Shown here: piece after piece, positions 41,767-53,384 of the stretch
Position numbering within the stretch: the stretch's first letter is position 1
Layout: each line of letters opens with the position of its first letter
NCBI GenBank assembly: GCA_965206645.1
Contig: CBDBKE010000002.1
Location: 288,001-352,000, forward strand
Direction: 5' to 3'
Source of the DNA: Terriglobia bacterium
GTDB taxonomy: Bacteria; Acidobacteriota; Terriglobia; JAJPHL01; JAPKYU01
Length of the DNA stretch: 64,000 nt
Notes under the pieces: model-generated
What the model saw: only the letters and a program-made list of their open reading frames with translations
The model's database searches: none
What the model was told of the DNA's origin: nothing
Position numbers and translations under genes: made by a program

Positions 41767-43611
41767 TCAGTCTTTCTTACGGATCTGGAGGCCTAGCTCG
41801 CGGAGCTGCGCTTCGCTGATCGGAGTGGGCGCGTCCACCATCAGATCCACCGCGCGCGCCGTTTTCGGGAAAGCAATCACCTCGCGGATCGAGGTCTCGC
41901 CTGCCAATAGCATCACCACGCGATCCAGCCCCAGCGCCATGCCACCGTGAGGCGGCGTCCCGTACTCGAGCGCTTCCAGAAAAAACCCGAACCGAGCGCG
42001 CGCTTCCTCTTCGCTGAAGCCCAAGGCGCGAAACACTTGCAATTGCACATCTCGGCGGTGAATTCGGATCGAGCCAGAGCCCACCTCAGTCCCATTCAGC
42101 ACCAAGTCATAGGCGCGGGAGCGCACTGCGCCTGGAGCGCTTTCCAACCTGCCCAGGTCTTCCTCGTGGGGCGAGGTAAAGGGGTGATGCGCTGCCACCC
42201 AGCGCCGGTCCTGCTCGCTCCATTCAAACATGGGGAAGTCGGTGACCCACAGGAAACGGAAGTCGAGGGGCTTCAGCAGCCGGTGGCGTTCGTTGTACTT
42301 CTGTCCCAGGTGCAGGCGCAGGGCGCCTGCGGCGTTGAAAATCGGCGTGTCGTGCGGAGTCACCGCCGGACCCGCCGGAGGAATCGGCTCACCGCGCGCC
42401 TCCGGGCCCAGCGGTGCAGCCATGATGGGGATCAGGTCCCCGACCTCAGCGGCCACGGCGCCGGCAACGCGGCGCGCCGTTTCCGGCAAGCTCCGGGCCA
42501 GCGAGCCCTCCAGCCCTTCGCCTGACAGGCGAAGGTCAGCAAAGCCGCGTGCGTTCCGCTCAGCGATGAACTGGTCAATCTCCTCCCGCTCCTTTCGCGA
42601 CAGGCCGGCGCATTGAGGCACGCGGAAAGCCACCAGCGGCAATTCCGGGTCAAAGCGCAGCTTGGCGGTCTCCTCCGGGGCGAACAGTTGGTTGACGCGC
42701 ACGAGCGGCGGCAGGCGCAGATCGGGCTTGTCGCTCCCGTAGAGGCGGATGGCCTCGTCGTAGGTCAGGCGCGGGAACGGCCTGGGCGCTTCCACTCCGG
42801 CCAGCGCGGCCAGACCGAGCATCAGCGGCTCAACCAGCTCGAAGAGCCGATCCTGCTGGGCAAAGGCCATCTCGATGTCCAGTTGGGTGAACTCGGGCTG
42901 GCGGTCGGCGCGCAGGTCCTCGTCGCGGAAGCACCGGACGATTTGGAAGTAGCGGTCAAAGCCGGCGATCATCAGAATCTGCTTGAACAACTGGGGCGAC
43001 TGCGGCAGCGCGTAGAACGAACCGGGCTGGATGCGGCTGGGTACCAGGTAATCGCGCGCTCCTTCGGGAGTCGAGCGGGTCAGGAACGGAGTTTCGATTT
43101 CGAAAAAGCCCTGCTCGGTCATGTACCGGCGAATCTCAAAGCAGATGCGGTGGCGCAACGCGAGGTTCGCTTGCATGCCCGGCCGCCGCAGGTCGAGAAA
43201 GCGGTAGCGCAGCCGGGTGTCCTCCTGAACGGTGGTGTTGTCTTCGATGGGGAAAGGCGGCGTGCGGGCATCATTCAGCACGAAGAGCTGCGCGGCAACC
43301 AGTTCAACGGCGCCGGTGGCCAGTTCCGGGTTGACGGTTTTCGGGTCGCGCTCGACCACCTGCCCGCGCACTCCCACGACAAACTCCCGGCCCAGCCTGC
43401 TAGCGCGCTCGTGGACCTGGGGAAGAAGATCCCGGTTGAAAACGACCTGGGTGACGCCGGCGCGGTCGCGCAAGTCAATGAAGATGAGGCTGCCCAGGTC
43501 GCGCTGTCGCGCCACCCAGCCCGTCAGCACCGCAGTCTGCCCGGCGTGTTCTGAGCGCAGCTCGCCGCACATGTGGGTGCGGCACAGGTCGCCCAGGAAG
43601 TCGAGTTTCAT
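41767..43611 (-). CDS. aspS: Aspartate-tRNA ligase
   Basis: [43 protein letters not shown]. Confidence 0.97.
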   Translation of the reverse strand: MKLDFLGDLCRTHMCGELRSEHAGQTAVLTGWVARQRDLGSLIFIDLRDRAGVTQVVFNRDLLPQVHERASRLGREFVVGVRGQVVERDPKTVNPELATGAVELVAAQLFVLNDARTPPFPIEDNTTVQEDTRLRYRFLDLRRPGMQANLALRHRICFEIRRYMTEQGFFEIETPFLTRSTPEGARDYLVPSRIQPGSFYALPQSPQLFKQILMIAGFDRYFQIVRCFRDEDLRADRQPEFTQLDIEMAFAQQDRLFELVEPLMLGLAALAGVEAPRPFPRLTYDEAIRLYGSDKPDLRLPPLVRVNQLFAPEETAKLRFDPELPLVAFRVPQCAGLSRKEREEIDQFIAERNARGFADLRLSGEGLEGSLARSLPETARRVAGAVAAEVGDLIPIMAAPLGPEARGEPIPPAGPAVTPHDTPIFNAAGALRLHLGQKYNERHRLLKPLDFRFLWVTDFPMFEWSEQDRRWVAAHHPFTSPHEEDLGRLESAPGAVRSRAYDLVLNGTEVGSGSIRIHRRDVQLQVFRALGFSEEEARARFGFFLEALEYGTPPHGGMALGLDRVVMLLAGETSIREVIAFPKTARAVDLMVDAPTPISEAQLRELGLQIRKKD

Positions 43612-44969
43612 TGGTCCATGCCGCGGGCCTTGCCGCGAGCCGCCGGGCTGGCGCTGGTTGGCTCAGCCGTCTCGCGGGAGCGCCCCGGCGGCGGCAGTTC
43701 CTTGAGTAGCTCAGCTTTGCTCAGCTCCCGCTGTTCGCCCCGGGCCAGATCCCTCAGTGGATACCGACCTTGCCGGATTTCGTCTTCCCCCACGATCAGC
43801 GCGAACCGCGCCTTCTGCTTGCTGGCCAGCTCTAACGCGCGGCGCAGCTTCAAGGCTTCCGGTTGCAACTCCACGACCAGCCCGCGCGTCCGCAGCTCGC
43901 GAGCGAGTTCGGCCGCGTGGCGATAGGCGGGCCCAACCGGGCTGGCCGAGGCCGCGGCGGCTCCGGGCTCCGAAATCCAGGCTACGTATACGTCGAGTGC
44001 CAGCCCCGGTATCTCCACCCCCGAAGCCGCCAGAGCCAGCACAAAACGATCCTCGCCGATGGAGAAGCCAATCCCCGGCGCTTTCGGCCCACCCAGCGCC
44101 TCCGAGAGGCCATCGTAGCGGCCGCCGCCTAGCACCGCGTCTTGGGCGCCGAGGCCGCGATGCACAAACTCAAAAGTGGTGCGGGTGTAGTAGTCCAGAC
44201 CACGCACCATGCGCGGGACGACAGTGTATGCCACCCGGCGATCCTCTAGAGCTTGCTGGAGGGCTTGGAAGTGCTCGCGGCAGGGGTTGCAGAGCGAGTC
44301 CGCGACCGCCGGCAGCTTCTCAATGATGGGCTGATCGGCAGGCACCTTGCAGTCCAGCACACGCAGGGGGTTGGTGACGGCGCGGCGCTGGCAGTCGCCA
44401 CACATTTGGCCGCGCACCGCCGCCAGTTCCTGCCGCAGGCGTTCCAGGTAGCGAGGGCGGCAGCTCTCGTCGCCGATCGAGTTCAGTCGCAACTCGTAGG
44501 CCTTGAGTCCGGCACGGTCCAGCAGCTCCACCAGCATTTCCAGCATCTCGGCATCCACCGCCGGGCTTTCCGAACCAATGGCTTCCGCGCCGATCTGCGA
44601 GAACTGCCGGGAGCGGCCTTTTTGCGGCCGCTCCCGCCGGAACATCGGCCCCATGTAGTAGAGCTTGGTCAATCCGGGGCGCTGCCACATGCGGTGCTCG
44701 ATGTAGGCGCGGACGACCGACGCGGTCGCTTCCGGGCGCAGCGTCAGCGAGCCGCCGTCGCGGTCCTCGAACGTATACATCTCTTTGCGAACGATGTCGG
44801 TCTCCTCGCCCACGCTGCGGGCAAACAACTGGGTCTCTTCAAACAGGGGAGTGCGGATCTCCCCGTAGTTGTAGCTCGAAAATAGCTCGCGGGCCAGCGC
44901 CTCCAGCCGGTTCCAGAGCGCGGTTTCGGGCGGCAGGATGTCCCGGGTGCCTTTGACGGCGCGGATCAT
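43608..44969 (-). CDS. hisS: Histidine-tRNA ligase
   Basis: [31 protein letters not shown]. Confidence 0.97.
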   Translation of the reverse strand: MIRAVKGTRDILPPETALWNRLEALARELFSSYNYGEIRTPLFEETQLFARSVGEETDIVRKEMYTFEDRDGGSLTLRPEATASVVRAYIEHRMWQRPGLTKLYYMGPMFRRERPQKGRSRQFSQIGAEAIGSESPAVDAEMLEMLVELLDRAGLKAYELRLNSIGDESCRPRYLERLRQELAAVRGQMCGDCQRRAVTNPLRVLDCKVPADQPIIEKLPAVADSLCNPCREHFQALQQALEDRRVAYTVVPRMVRGLDYYTRTTFEFVHRGLGAQDAVLGGGRYDGLSEALGGPKAPGIGFSIGEDRFVLALAASGVEIPGLALDVYVAWISEPGAAAASASPVGPAYRHAAELARELRTRGLVVELQPEALKLRRALELASKQKARFALIVGEDEIRQGRYPLRDLARGEQRELSKAELLKELPPPGRSRETAEPTSASPAARGKARGMDQ

Positions 44970-44996
44970 AAGAGGTCTTGGGTCTTTCCCCGCGTA

Positions 44997-45521
44997 CTAC
45001 TTCCTGCCGCTGTGTTCTGCCAGATAGGTCGCGGCATGCTCAACGTAGTTCGATGCGTGGCGGCGAATCACAGTGAGGTCTTCCGGGCCCAACTGACGCT
45101 TGAACCTGGCCGGGGTGCCCAGGAAAAGGCTGTTGGGGGGCACGACGGTGCCTTCCGTCACCACGGCGCCGGCGCCGACGATCGAGCCCGAGCCAACCTG
45201 CGCCCCGTTCAACACGATGGCGCCCATCGCAATCAGGCAATCGGATTCGATCCTACAGCCATGCAGGGTGACGCCGTGGCCGACGGTGACCCGGTCGCCT
45301 ACGAGCAGCGGGTGGAGGTCCCTCATCACGTGCAACACCGAGTTATCCTGGAGGTTGGTTTCGGCGCCGATGCGGATGTAGTTCACGTCGCCCCGAACCA
45401 CCGTGCCCATCCAGACGCTGGACCGCTCGCCGATCTCCACGTCGCCGATCACCTGGGCGCTTTCGTCAATGTAGGCATTGTGGGCGATGCGCGGCAGCGC
45501 GCCGCGGAAGCTGCGGACCAT
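44997..45521 (-). CDS. Gamma-class carbonic anhydrase family protein (YrdA-like)
   Basis: Hexapeptide repeats; RGDVN, QDNSVLH, GH..LHGC. Confidence 0.92.
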   Translation of the reverse strand: MVRSFRGALPRIAHNAYIDESAQVIGDVEIGERSSVWMGTVVRGDVNYIRIGAETNLQDNSVLHVMRDLHPLLVGDRVTVGHGVTLHGCRIESDCLIAMGAIVLNGAQVGSGSIVGAGAVVTEGTVVPPNSLFLGTPARFKRQLGPEDLTVIRRHASNYVEHAATYLAEHSGRK

Positions 45522-46114
45522 CGATCTCCTCGCTGGTGAAATTCGCCGAGAACAGGATAAGCGAGAAACCTAGCACAGCGAGCAGAGGCAGGCAAGCCGC
45601 ACCGGACCGCGGTAGTGGGTCATTTTCCGGGAAGCCGACCATTCGCCCAACTGAAACCGGGATTGATAAACGCTAGCCCGTTAGTAGAGACCTACCCTGC
45701 ATTTGCTGGTGACAAGAGGGTTTGCACCAGCAACCCGAGGCGCGCATAGCTCGGCTAAAGTGCTGTGGCTTGACACGGAGGATGAGCGACCGGTCAAATT
45801 GAGGTTTCCAGAGACCGGAACTGCTGGGGATTCAGTGACCCGTCTCTTGAATGATGCTAAAGCCCGCCTGCTCTGCCACCGGGTGAGTAGCCCCCATCAC
45901 GGATGGAGGACGCGGATGCCAACCTATACCGTATGCGTGAACGACAACTTCCATTACATGGATGAGAGGGAGCACGAAAATCGTTGAGTGGGAACCGGTA
46001 CTTTGGCTATCCTCTCGTTACGAGTAAGACCAGAACGAAAAGCTCGGTTGAGCGAAGCGGGCTAGCAAGGCTCAGTGCCTTAGGAGAAATTACAGACGAA
46101 AGGAACAAGGGAGC

Positions 46115-46890
46115 ATGTACATCCGGATCATCTTGGCAATGGCAACATTATGCTGCGTAGTGCCTGTAGCCACGTTAGGACGGCAGCTTGATGTGGCCGG
46201 ATCGGCCGATCACGAGGCAATCACGCGCTACAAAGGTTCTGTGTTGCTCTTCTACGACGAGCAGGAGTATGACGCTTACCTGCTTCCACTCGGAAACTGG
46301 ACTCGGGCCAAACGAGGTTTTGAGTCTTCGCGGACGGTCGAGGGTGAAGTCACTCGGCGATCTTATGTCGCCCCCGAAGGCCCCTCGGTTCTGGCGGTTT
46401 ACCGCAACTTCGAAAGGGCGGTTCAGAATAGCGGCCTGAAAATCCTCTATGGCTGCCTCGAGCAGAACTGCGACCGCAGGTTTGCAAGGAGCTTCATTGG
46501 GATGATGCCATACCGGCTCATCCCGAAGGATCACTATCACAACTTTCACGGACTTTCTCAGATGGCGTATATCGCCGGTGAAGGAGAGCACAAGGGGCGA
46601 CCTATATGGGTTTCCATTGGCATAGGCACGGTGACGGTAGCAGGATCCCGTTACAGGGATACAGACAATCGACGTCGCAGATTTGCCACCAACCGGGTTG
46701 TGTTCTTCGTTGATACGGTCGAGGGCGCCGAGATGGCGACGGACATGGTAACCATCTCCCTTGACAAACTGGCTCAGGCGCTAGCGAACGAGGGCAAGAT
46801 GGTTTTAGATGGCATTTTCTTTGATACCGGCAAGGCCGTTGTGAAACCGAAATCCGACGAGGCCCTCGCCATTATCGCGGATTACCTGAA
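46115..46890 (+). pseudogene. Secreted DUF4892/OmpA-like protein truncated by IS1380 copy 3
   Basis: GSADHEAITRYKGS start; OmpA domain begins (GIFFDTGKAVVKPKS) and is cut at 46890. Confidence 0.78.
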
Positions 46891-46995
46891 CCCGGATTTC
46901 CGTTTTGAAACTCCAAAGCTAACCTTATACTGACCTCTGACGCCAATATTTATGCCGGTTCCAGCGTCAATACAGCTTCCGGAGGTAGAAACCGA

Positions 46996-48324
46996 GTGGG
47001 TGAGAGGCAAAATCAGCCCTTTCAGTTCTCTTTCAATGCTGCATTGAAGGTCGATTTCCAGGGGTCGCGGGTTACTTCCGACGGCGGCCTGATCCTCGTG
47101 CGCGAATCAGACGAACATTTGGGATTCGGAGAACTCATCAAACAGCACTTGGCCGATCCTCGGAGAAAGAACACACGGTTGCCCTTTGCTGACCTCCTGC
47201 GCCAGTCCGTGTACAGCCGCTTGGCGGGTTACGAAGATATGAATGACGCGGAACGGCTCTCTCAAGATCCGACGTTCCGGCTGATCGGTTCAGAAAAGAT
47301 CTGGGAGCGAGGAGCCGCGTTGACTTCCCGGCTGCAATCGTTCGAGACAGAACTACTGACGCAAGATGAGAACCTGGCTGGTTTGGCAGCGATCAACCGG
47401 GATTTAATCGCCAGGGCGGAAGCTATGGATTCCCCGCAACGGGTGGTGCTGGACATGGACTCGACCGAGATTCCGGTCTACGGCCAGCAGGAGCAGAGTG
47501 CCTACAACGGGCATTTCGAGTCGAGCTGCTATCACCCGTTGTTGCTGTTCAATCGCGAGGGTGACTGTCTGGCGGCCAAGCTGCGACCGGGCAACGTGCA
47601 CAGCGCCGAGGACTGGAAAGAACTTCTCCTGCCGGAGATCGAGCGGCAGCAGCAGCTGGGCAAGGAAGTGGTGTTTCGTGCCGACGCGGCCTTTGCCAAG
47701 CCGGAGATTTACGAGGCTCTGGAGGAGCGGGAGGTAAAGTACGCCATCCGCATCCCGGCTAACGACAGCCTACAGCGGGACATTGAGGAGTTGCTGACTC
47801 GGCCGGTGGGGAGACCCAGCAAGAAGCCGTTGGTGGAGTTCAAGGGCTTTCTATACCAAGCGGCCAGTTGGAAGACAGCCCGCAGGGTGGTGGCCAAGGT
47901 GGAGCATCATCCAGGGGAGCTGTTCCCGCGAGTAGGGTTTATCGTTACGAACTTGACTCTGCCAAGTCGGGCGGTGATGCGGTTTTACAACAAGCGGGGG
48001 ACAGCGGAGCAGTGGATCAAAGAAGGAAAGCAAGCAGTGAAGATGACGCGGCTCAGTTGTCACCGGTTCCGGTCGAACGAGGTCCGGCTGTGGCTCACCA
48101 TCATTGCCTATAATCTCGGCAACCTGTGGCGGCGACTGGTGCTGCCACAGAGAATCGGGAACTGGTCCCTGACGAGCTTGCAACAGCGGTTGGTGAAAAC
48201 GGGAGGACGGCTGGTGAAACATGCGCGATATTACTGGCTTTTGCTGGCCGAAGGGCACTTGAGCCGGAGGCTGTTCAGCAGCATGCTGCGAACGATCTCG
48301 GCACTGCCGCTGCCAGACGGCTAG
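46996..48324 (+). CDS. IS1380-family transposase
   Basis: Same motifs as copies 1 and 2. Confidence 0.94.
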   Translation: MGERQNQPFQFSFNAALKVDFQGSRVTSDGGLILVRESDEHLGFGELIKQHLADPRRKNTRLPFADLLRQSVYSRLAGYEDMNDAERLSQDPTFRLIGSEKIWERGAALTSRLQSFETELLTQDENLAGLAAINRDLIARAEAMDSPQRVVLDMDSTEIPVYGQQEQSAYNGHFESSCYHPLLLFNREGDCLAAKLRPGNVHSAEDWKELLLPEIERQQQLGKEVVFRADAAFAKPEIYEALEEREVKYAIRIPANDSLQRDIEELLTRPVGRPSKKPLVEFKGFLYQAASWKTARRVVAKVEHHPGELFPRVGFIVTNLTLPSRAVMRFYNKRGTAEQWIKEGKQAVKMTRLSCHRFRSNEVRLWLTIIAYNLGNLWRRLVLPQRIGNWSLTSLQQRLVKTGGRLVKHARYYWLLLAEGHLSRRLFSSMLRTISALPLPDG

Positions 48325-48483
48325 CGAACCGGGAGAGAGGGTAATTTTAGGTGCTCAGAAGTGGTCGGGCCGGATAAGTGTCAGCGGCGCGGCAGGCTGG
48401 GCAGGCGAACCCCGCACAGCGACTCCGAAGAACAGCCAAAATGTGCCGCACTACCACCTCAAAGAGGCCAGAGCTGTTTGCGG

Positions 48484-48512
48484 TTGACACGACAGGGTAC
48501 GAGGCATAGCTT
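48484..48512 (+). promoter_or_regulatory. IS-borne outward-facing sigma70 promoter TTGACA-N17-TAGCTT
   Basis: Conserved in all three copies (35098-35126 +, 26699-26727 -, with -10 TAGGTT). Confidence 0.6.
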
Positions 48513-48589
48513 TTCGGGTGAAGAGGAAGCTCGAAATGGAAATTCCGGATGAGTCCTATTCGCAGTTGCAGGACTTGCGCTTGAGGAGG

Positions 48590-51500
48590 ATGTCGGTGAC
48601 TCTGAAACCCCTGAGCACCTCTCTGATCATCGCGCTCATACTGAGCGCGGCGGCGCGAGCAGAGGTGAGCTTCAATCGCGACGTCCGCCCAATCATGTCG
48701 GACACCTGCTTCCGTTGTCACGGTCCGGACGAGAATGCCCGCATGGCGGGTCTGCGGCTTGACATCCGGAAAGAAGCTCTGCGGTCCACCAAGTCCGGCC
48801 GCATTCCCATTGTTCCCGGCAAGCCGGAAGCGAGCGAGATTGTCAAACGCATCTTTTCGGATGACCCCAGGGTCATGATGCCACCGGCTTTCGCCGACAA
48901 GGAACTGACCGAGAGCCAGAAGGAAACCATTCGGCAGTGGGTGGCCGAAGGGGCGAAGTACGAGGGGCATTGGAGCTTCCAGCCCGTCCGGCGGCCGGCA
49001 GTGCCGGAGGTTGCGGAAAGAGGAGCCGCCATTCGCAATCCGATCGATTCGTTCATTCAGAATCGTCTGGCGAAGGAGGGATTGCAGCCGTCCCCCGAGG
49101 CGGATCGGCGGACGCTGATTCGGCGGGTCGCGCTAGACCTCACAGGTCTGCCGCCCACGCCTGCCGAGGTGGAAGCGTTTCTCAAGGACACATCGCCCAA
49201 TGCCTACGAAAAGCTGGTCGAGAAGCTGCTGGCTTCTCCGCGTTATGCGGAAAAGCAGGCGATGCATTGGCTCGACGCGGTCCGCTATGCAGACACGCGC
49301 GGGTTCCATGGGGATAACGACCAGCCGGCGTGGCCCTATCGAGATTACGTGTTGCGGGCGTTTCTCGACAACAAGCCGTTCGATCAATTCACACGGGAGC
49401 AGATTGCGGGAGATCTCTTGCCGGATGCCACCGTGCAGCAGCGAGTTGCCTCAGCATATAACCGCATCCTTCGCACCTCGCGGGAGGGCGGCCTCCAGGA
49501 AAAGGAGTACCTGGCCAAGTACGCCTCCGACCGCGTGCGGACAACGTCCAGCGTCTGGCTCGGTCTGACAATGGGCTGCGCGGAGTGCCACGACCACAAA
49601 TTCGATCCGGTGAAGACGAAGGACTTCTATTCGATGAAAGCCTTCTTCGCCGACATCAAAGAGAAGGGTCTTCTACCCGGTTCCGGCCCGGAAGCCTGGA
49701 TTGCAACCCTGTCGTTGCCAACCCCAAAGCAGCGTACGCGATTAGCCGAGCTGAATGAAGCGGTCAAGGCGGCCGAGCAGGCGCTCCAGGAAAAGACGGC
49801 GAGCCTGGCACCACAGCAGGCGGAATGGGAACAGCAACTGTTGGCTGACTTTGAAGCAGGCCGGCTAGAGTGGCGCTATCAGCGACCCTTCTCGGCTAGC
49901 TCCAGCAATGGCGCGCACCTCACCATCTACGACGACGAGCTCGTCGAACGCACCTTCCATGTCGACGCGAAGGCGACGCTGGTCACACAACGAGAGCCCG
50001 GAAATGGTCTGGTGGTGGTCAGCGGACCGAATCCGGACAACGAGACTTACACGATCAGCTTCAAGCCAGGGCTCGGTACATGGACGGCGCTCGGGGTGCA
50101 GGCAATCCAGGATGAAAGTCTGCCTGGCAAGCGGCTGGGGCGAGGCGCGGATCGCTTAGTCCTGACCGAGGTCGAGGCCGCATTGTCGGCCAATGGGAAG
50201 ACGCCAGAGCGGAAACTCTCGTTCGTTCTGGCGACCACCCGCGGATCTAGAGGACCCCTGGAGCAGCCGCCAATGGCCGCCATTGACGGCGACCCGGCCA
50301 GCGGTTGGGCTGGCGATTCGGGAAGTCCAGTCGACGAGGGCAGGAGCCCGTTTCTCGCGCTCCGTTTCGCTGAGCCTGTCAAGACGGACGCAACCTCGGT
50401 GATCACGGTCCGTCTCCGGCACGATTTCTCGCTTCGCCGTGCAACGATCGGCCGGCTGCGCCTTGCGCTCTCCTCCGGCCGATACTCCTGGCCGCTGGAT
50501 GATTTAGATACCGCAGAGGATGACCCAGAAGTTAGCGAGCGGCGCTCCAGTAAAGGTGGCGCAGGTGATGGTATGCCCAGCGAGGTGCTGGAGGCCCTCA
50601 AAGTTGCCCCCGAGGCGAGGTGCGACAACCATCTCAAGGCCCTCAGGGAGCATTTCCAATGGTCCTCTCCCGGGCTGCAGCCGCTTTTTGTCCAGCTGGA
50701 ACGCCTGAAAGCTGCCCGGGCTTTGCTGGAAACTGAGATTCCCACGGTGATGGTTACCGAAGCGACCAAACCACGGGAAACCCGCGTTCTCCCACGAGCG
50801 AACTGGATGGATGAGTCGGGCGAGATTGTGCAACCGTTGATTCCCGGCTTCCTCGGCCAAATGGAAACCAACGGCCGCCGAGCGAATCGTCTGGATCTGG
50901 CAAACTGGATTGGCTCCCGTAAGAACCCAATGACGGCGCGGGCGTTCGTCAATCGCCTATGGCGGCAGTTCTTCGGCATGGGGTTGTCCAAGGTGCTCGA
51001 CGATCTGGGCTCGCAGGGCGAGTGGCCAACACACCTTGAGCTGCTCGACTGGCTCGCCGCCGAGTTCATGGGGCCGAGTTGGAGGGCAGACGGCACACAC
51101 CCCTGGGATGTGAAGCACGTTATCCGGACGATTGTTACGAGCCACACCTATCGTCAGTCCTCCATGAGCAGCCCCCAATTCGACGAGCGAGACCCAGGCA
51201 ACCGGCTTCTGGCGCGCCAGAGCCGCTTCCGGGTAGATGCGGAAGTCGTCCGCGACGTCGCGCTGGCTGTGTCCGGTTTGTTGGTCGAAAAGTTCGGCGG
51301 CCCAAGCGTCCGACCGTATCAACCGGAAGGCTACTTAACGGCGATGAATTTCCCCATGCGCGCATACTCGGCAAGCCATGGCGAAAACCTGTACCGTCGA
51401 GGCGTCTATACTCATTGGCAGCGGACGTTCTTGCATCCCAGCTTGTTGACCTTTGATGCGCCTTCGCGTGAGGAGTGCACGGTGAGCCGGATGAGTTCCA

Positions 51501-51850
51501 ACACGCCGTTGCAGGCATTGATCCTCCTGAATGATCCCGTCTTCGTCGAAGCCGCGCGGGTGTTTGCGCAGAACATCCTGAAGAAAGGAGGTCCCACGCT
51601 CGATGCGCGCATCGGCTGGGCCTTCCTACAAGCCCTCAGCCGGAAGACGACTCCTGCCGAGCGAAAAATCCTCGCCGACCTACACAAGAAGAGCCTGGCG
51701 GAGTTTACTGCGCATCCGCAGAAGGCGCGAGAATTCGTTCGTGTGGGAGAATCGCCACTGGCGACGGATGTAAGACCAACCGACCTGGCGGCGATGACAA
51801 CCGTGGCGCGGGCGATCCTGAACCTCCATGAGACCATTACGAGGAACTAG
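48590..51850 (+). CDS. Planctomycete cytochrome c + DUF1549 + DUF1553 protein
   Basis: FNRDVRPIMSDTCFRCHG, CAECHDHKFDP, LLDWLA, NTPLQAL; the track start at 48518 lies inside the IS, so real start is 48590 or 48596 after GAGGAGG. Confidence 0.92.
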   Translation: MSVTLKPLSTSLIIALILSAAARAEVSFNRDVRPIMSDTCFRCHGPDENARMAGLRLDIRKEALRSTKSGRIPIVPGKPEASEIVKRIFSDDPRVMMPPAFADKELTESQKETIRQWVAEGAKYEGHWSFQPVRRPAVPEVAERGAAIRNPIDSFIQNRLAKEGLQPSPEADRRTLIRRVALDLTGLPPTPAEVEAFLKDTSPNAYEKLVEKLLASPRYAEKQAMHWLDAVRYADTRGFHGDNDQPAWPYRDYVLRAFLDNKPFDQFTREQIAGDLLPDATVQQRVASAYNRILRTSREGGLQEKEYLAKYASDRVRTTSSVWLGLTMGCAECHDHKFDPVKTKDFYSMKAFFADIKEKGLLPGSGPEAWIATLSLPTPKQRTRLAELNEAVKAAEQALQEKTASLAPQQAEWEQQLLADFEAGRLEWRYQRPFSASSSNGAHLTIYDDELVERTFHVDAKATLVTQREPGNGLVVVSGPNPDNETYTISFKPGLGTWTALGVQAIQDESLPGKRLGRGADRLVLTEVEAALSANGKTPERKLSFVLATTRGSRGPLEQPPMAAIDGDPASGWAGDSGSPVDEGRSPFLALRFAEPVKTDATSVITVRLRHDFSLRRATIGRLRLALSSGRYSWPLDDLDTAEDDPEVSERRSSKGGAGDGMPSEVLEALKVAPEARCDNHLKALREHFQWSSPGLQPLFVQLERLKAARALLETEIPTVMVTEATKPRETRVLPRANWMDESGEIVQPLIPGFLGQMETNGRRANRLDLANWIGSRKNPMTARAFVNRLWRQFFGMGLSKVLDDLGSQGEWPTHLELLDWLAAEFMGPSWRADGTHPWDVKHVIRTIVTSHTYRQSSMSSPQFDERDPGNRLLARQSRFRVDAEVVRDVALAVSGLLVEKFGGPSVRPYQPEGYLTAMNFPMRAYSASHGENLYRRGVYTHWQRTFLHPSLLTFDAPSREECTVSRMSSNTPLQALILLNDPVFVEAARVFAQNILKKGGPTLDARIGWAFLQALSRKTTPAERKILADLHKKSLAEFTAHPQKAREFVRVGESPLATDVRPTDLAAMTTVARAILNLHETITRN

Positions 51851-51860
51851 GGAGACTCCG

Positions 51861-53297
51861 ATGGACCCAGAATCATTGGCCTTGCAGATTCACCGGCGGA
51901 CGTTCCTGCGCTACGGCATTTCAGGACTGGGCCTGGTGGCGTTGAATTCATTACTCGATGCGAGGCTCTTGGCTTCGGAAGCGGCCCTGGGAACCCAGGG
52001 GTCGCAAGGAGCTGTGGACCCGCTACATCATCCGGCGAAAGCCAAGCGCGTTATCTTTCTTTATCAGGCAGGCGGACCATCGCACCTTGAGACCTTCGAT
52101 TACAAGCCAAAGCTCGCCGAAATGAACAGTAAACCAATGCCCGAGTCCTTCACCAAGGGCCAACAGCTGGCCCAGCTGCAGGGCAAGCCACTGGTTTGCT
52201 TTGGACCGCAGCACGAGTTCAGCAGGTTTGGCAAATCGGGGCTCGAGATCTGCGGGTTGTTTCCACACATCGGCAGCGTCGCAGATGATGTTTGCATTAT
52301 TCGCTCGATGTGGACGGAACAGATTAACCACGATCCGGCCCATACCTTGATGAACACTGGAGCGATCGTCGCGGGCCGGCCGAGCATGGGATCATGGTTG
52401 TTGTATGGGCTCGGGTCGGAAGCCAGCGATTTGCCGGGTTTCGTGGTGCTCGCCTCAAAGGGCAAGGGTGGGCAGATGCAGCCGATTGCGGCACGGCAAT
52501 GGGCCTCCGGATTCCTGCCCGGGAAATTTCAGGGTGTAAAGTTCAACTCCATCGGGGACCCCGTACTATACATCCAGAACCCGCAGGGCTTGAATGCCAG
52601 CATCCAGCACGCTTCCGTGCAGGCGATTCAGGCCATCAACAAGATCCAGCACGAAGCGCGGCGGGATCCGGAGGTTCTTACGAGGATTTCGCAATATGAG
52701 ATGGCGTTCAAGATGCAGACCAGCGTGCCGGACCTCATGGACATGAGCAAGGAGCCACCCCATATCCTGGAAATGTATGGTGCCAAGCCAGGGGATGGCT
52801 CTTTTGCGTCCAATTGCATGCTGGCGCGGCGCCTGGCAGAGCGCGGCGTGAGGTTCATCCAGCTGTATCACCGGGACTGGGACCACCATGGCGCGGTCAA
52901 AAACAACGTTGCCATCAAGGCGCAGGAAACGGACCGGGCTACTGCCGCGCTGATCAAAGACTTGAAGCAGCGAGGCATGTTTGAGGATACGTTGGTTGTT
53001 TGGGGAGGCGAATTCGGTCGGACACCCATGTCGCAGGGGGACAACGGGCGCGACCATCACATCAAGGGCTTCTCGTTCATGCTGGCGGGTGGTGGGATTA
53101 AGGGCGGCATCACGTACGGGGCCACCGACGAGCTGGGCTATGCGGCGGTGGAAAAACCCGTCAGCGTCCACGACTTTCATGCCACTATGCTGCACCTACT
53201 GGGGATCGATCACCTGCGCATGACGGTCAAGTTCCAGGGCTTGGACGCACGGCTGACGGGGGTTTCTGGTGAGGTCCTGAAAGAAATTCTGGCTTAG
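51861..53297 (+). CDS. DUF1501 domain protein (Tat signal)
   Basis: RRTFL; [38 protein letters not shown]. Confidence 0.92.
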   Translation: MDPESLALQIHRRTFLRYGISGLGLVALNSLLDARLLASEAALGTQGSQGAVDPLHHPAKAKRVIFLYQAGGPSHLETFDYKPKLAEMNSKPMPESFTKGQQLAQLQGKPLVCFGPQHEFSRFGKSGLEICGLFPHIGSVADDVCIIRSMWTEQINHDPAHTLMNTGAIVAGRPSMGSWLLYGLGSEASDLPGFVVLASKGKGGQMQPIAARQWASGFLPGKFQGVKFNSIGDPVLYIQNPQGLNASIQHASVQAIQAINKIQHEARRDPEVLTRISQYEMAFKMQTSVPDLMDMSKEPPHILEMYGAKPGDGSFASNCMLARRLAERGVRFIQLYHRDWDHHGAVKNNVAIKAQETDRATAALIKDLKQRGMFEDTLVVWGGEFGRTPMSQGDNGRDHHIKGFSFMLAGGGIKGGITYGATDELGYAAVEKPVSVHDFHATMLHLLGIDHLRMTVKFQGLDARLTGVSGEVLKEILA

Positions 53298-53384
53298 TCG
53301 GGCCAGCCATATACCTCAATCTCAAAGGGCAAAGCCAATACAGCTTTACAATTCCATTGGCCAATCCCATTGGACAGAAGGTCC

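Larger units (their letters stand above)
46891..48548 (+). mobile_element. IS1380-family insertion sequence, copy 3 (divergent, mosaic)
   Basis: Termini CCCGGATTTCC / GGAAATTCCGG; flanks CTGAA and ATGAG do not match. Confidence 0.92.

Noticed and set aside
48518-48589. N-terminal extension of the DUF1553 protein
   Set aside because: Starts inside the IS1380 end; SD and signal peptide point to 48590 or 48596
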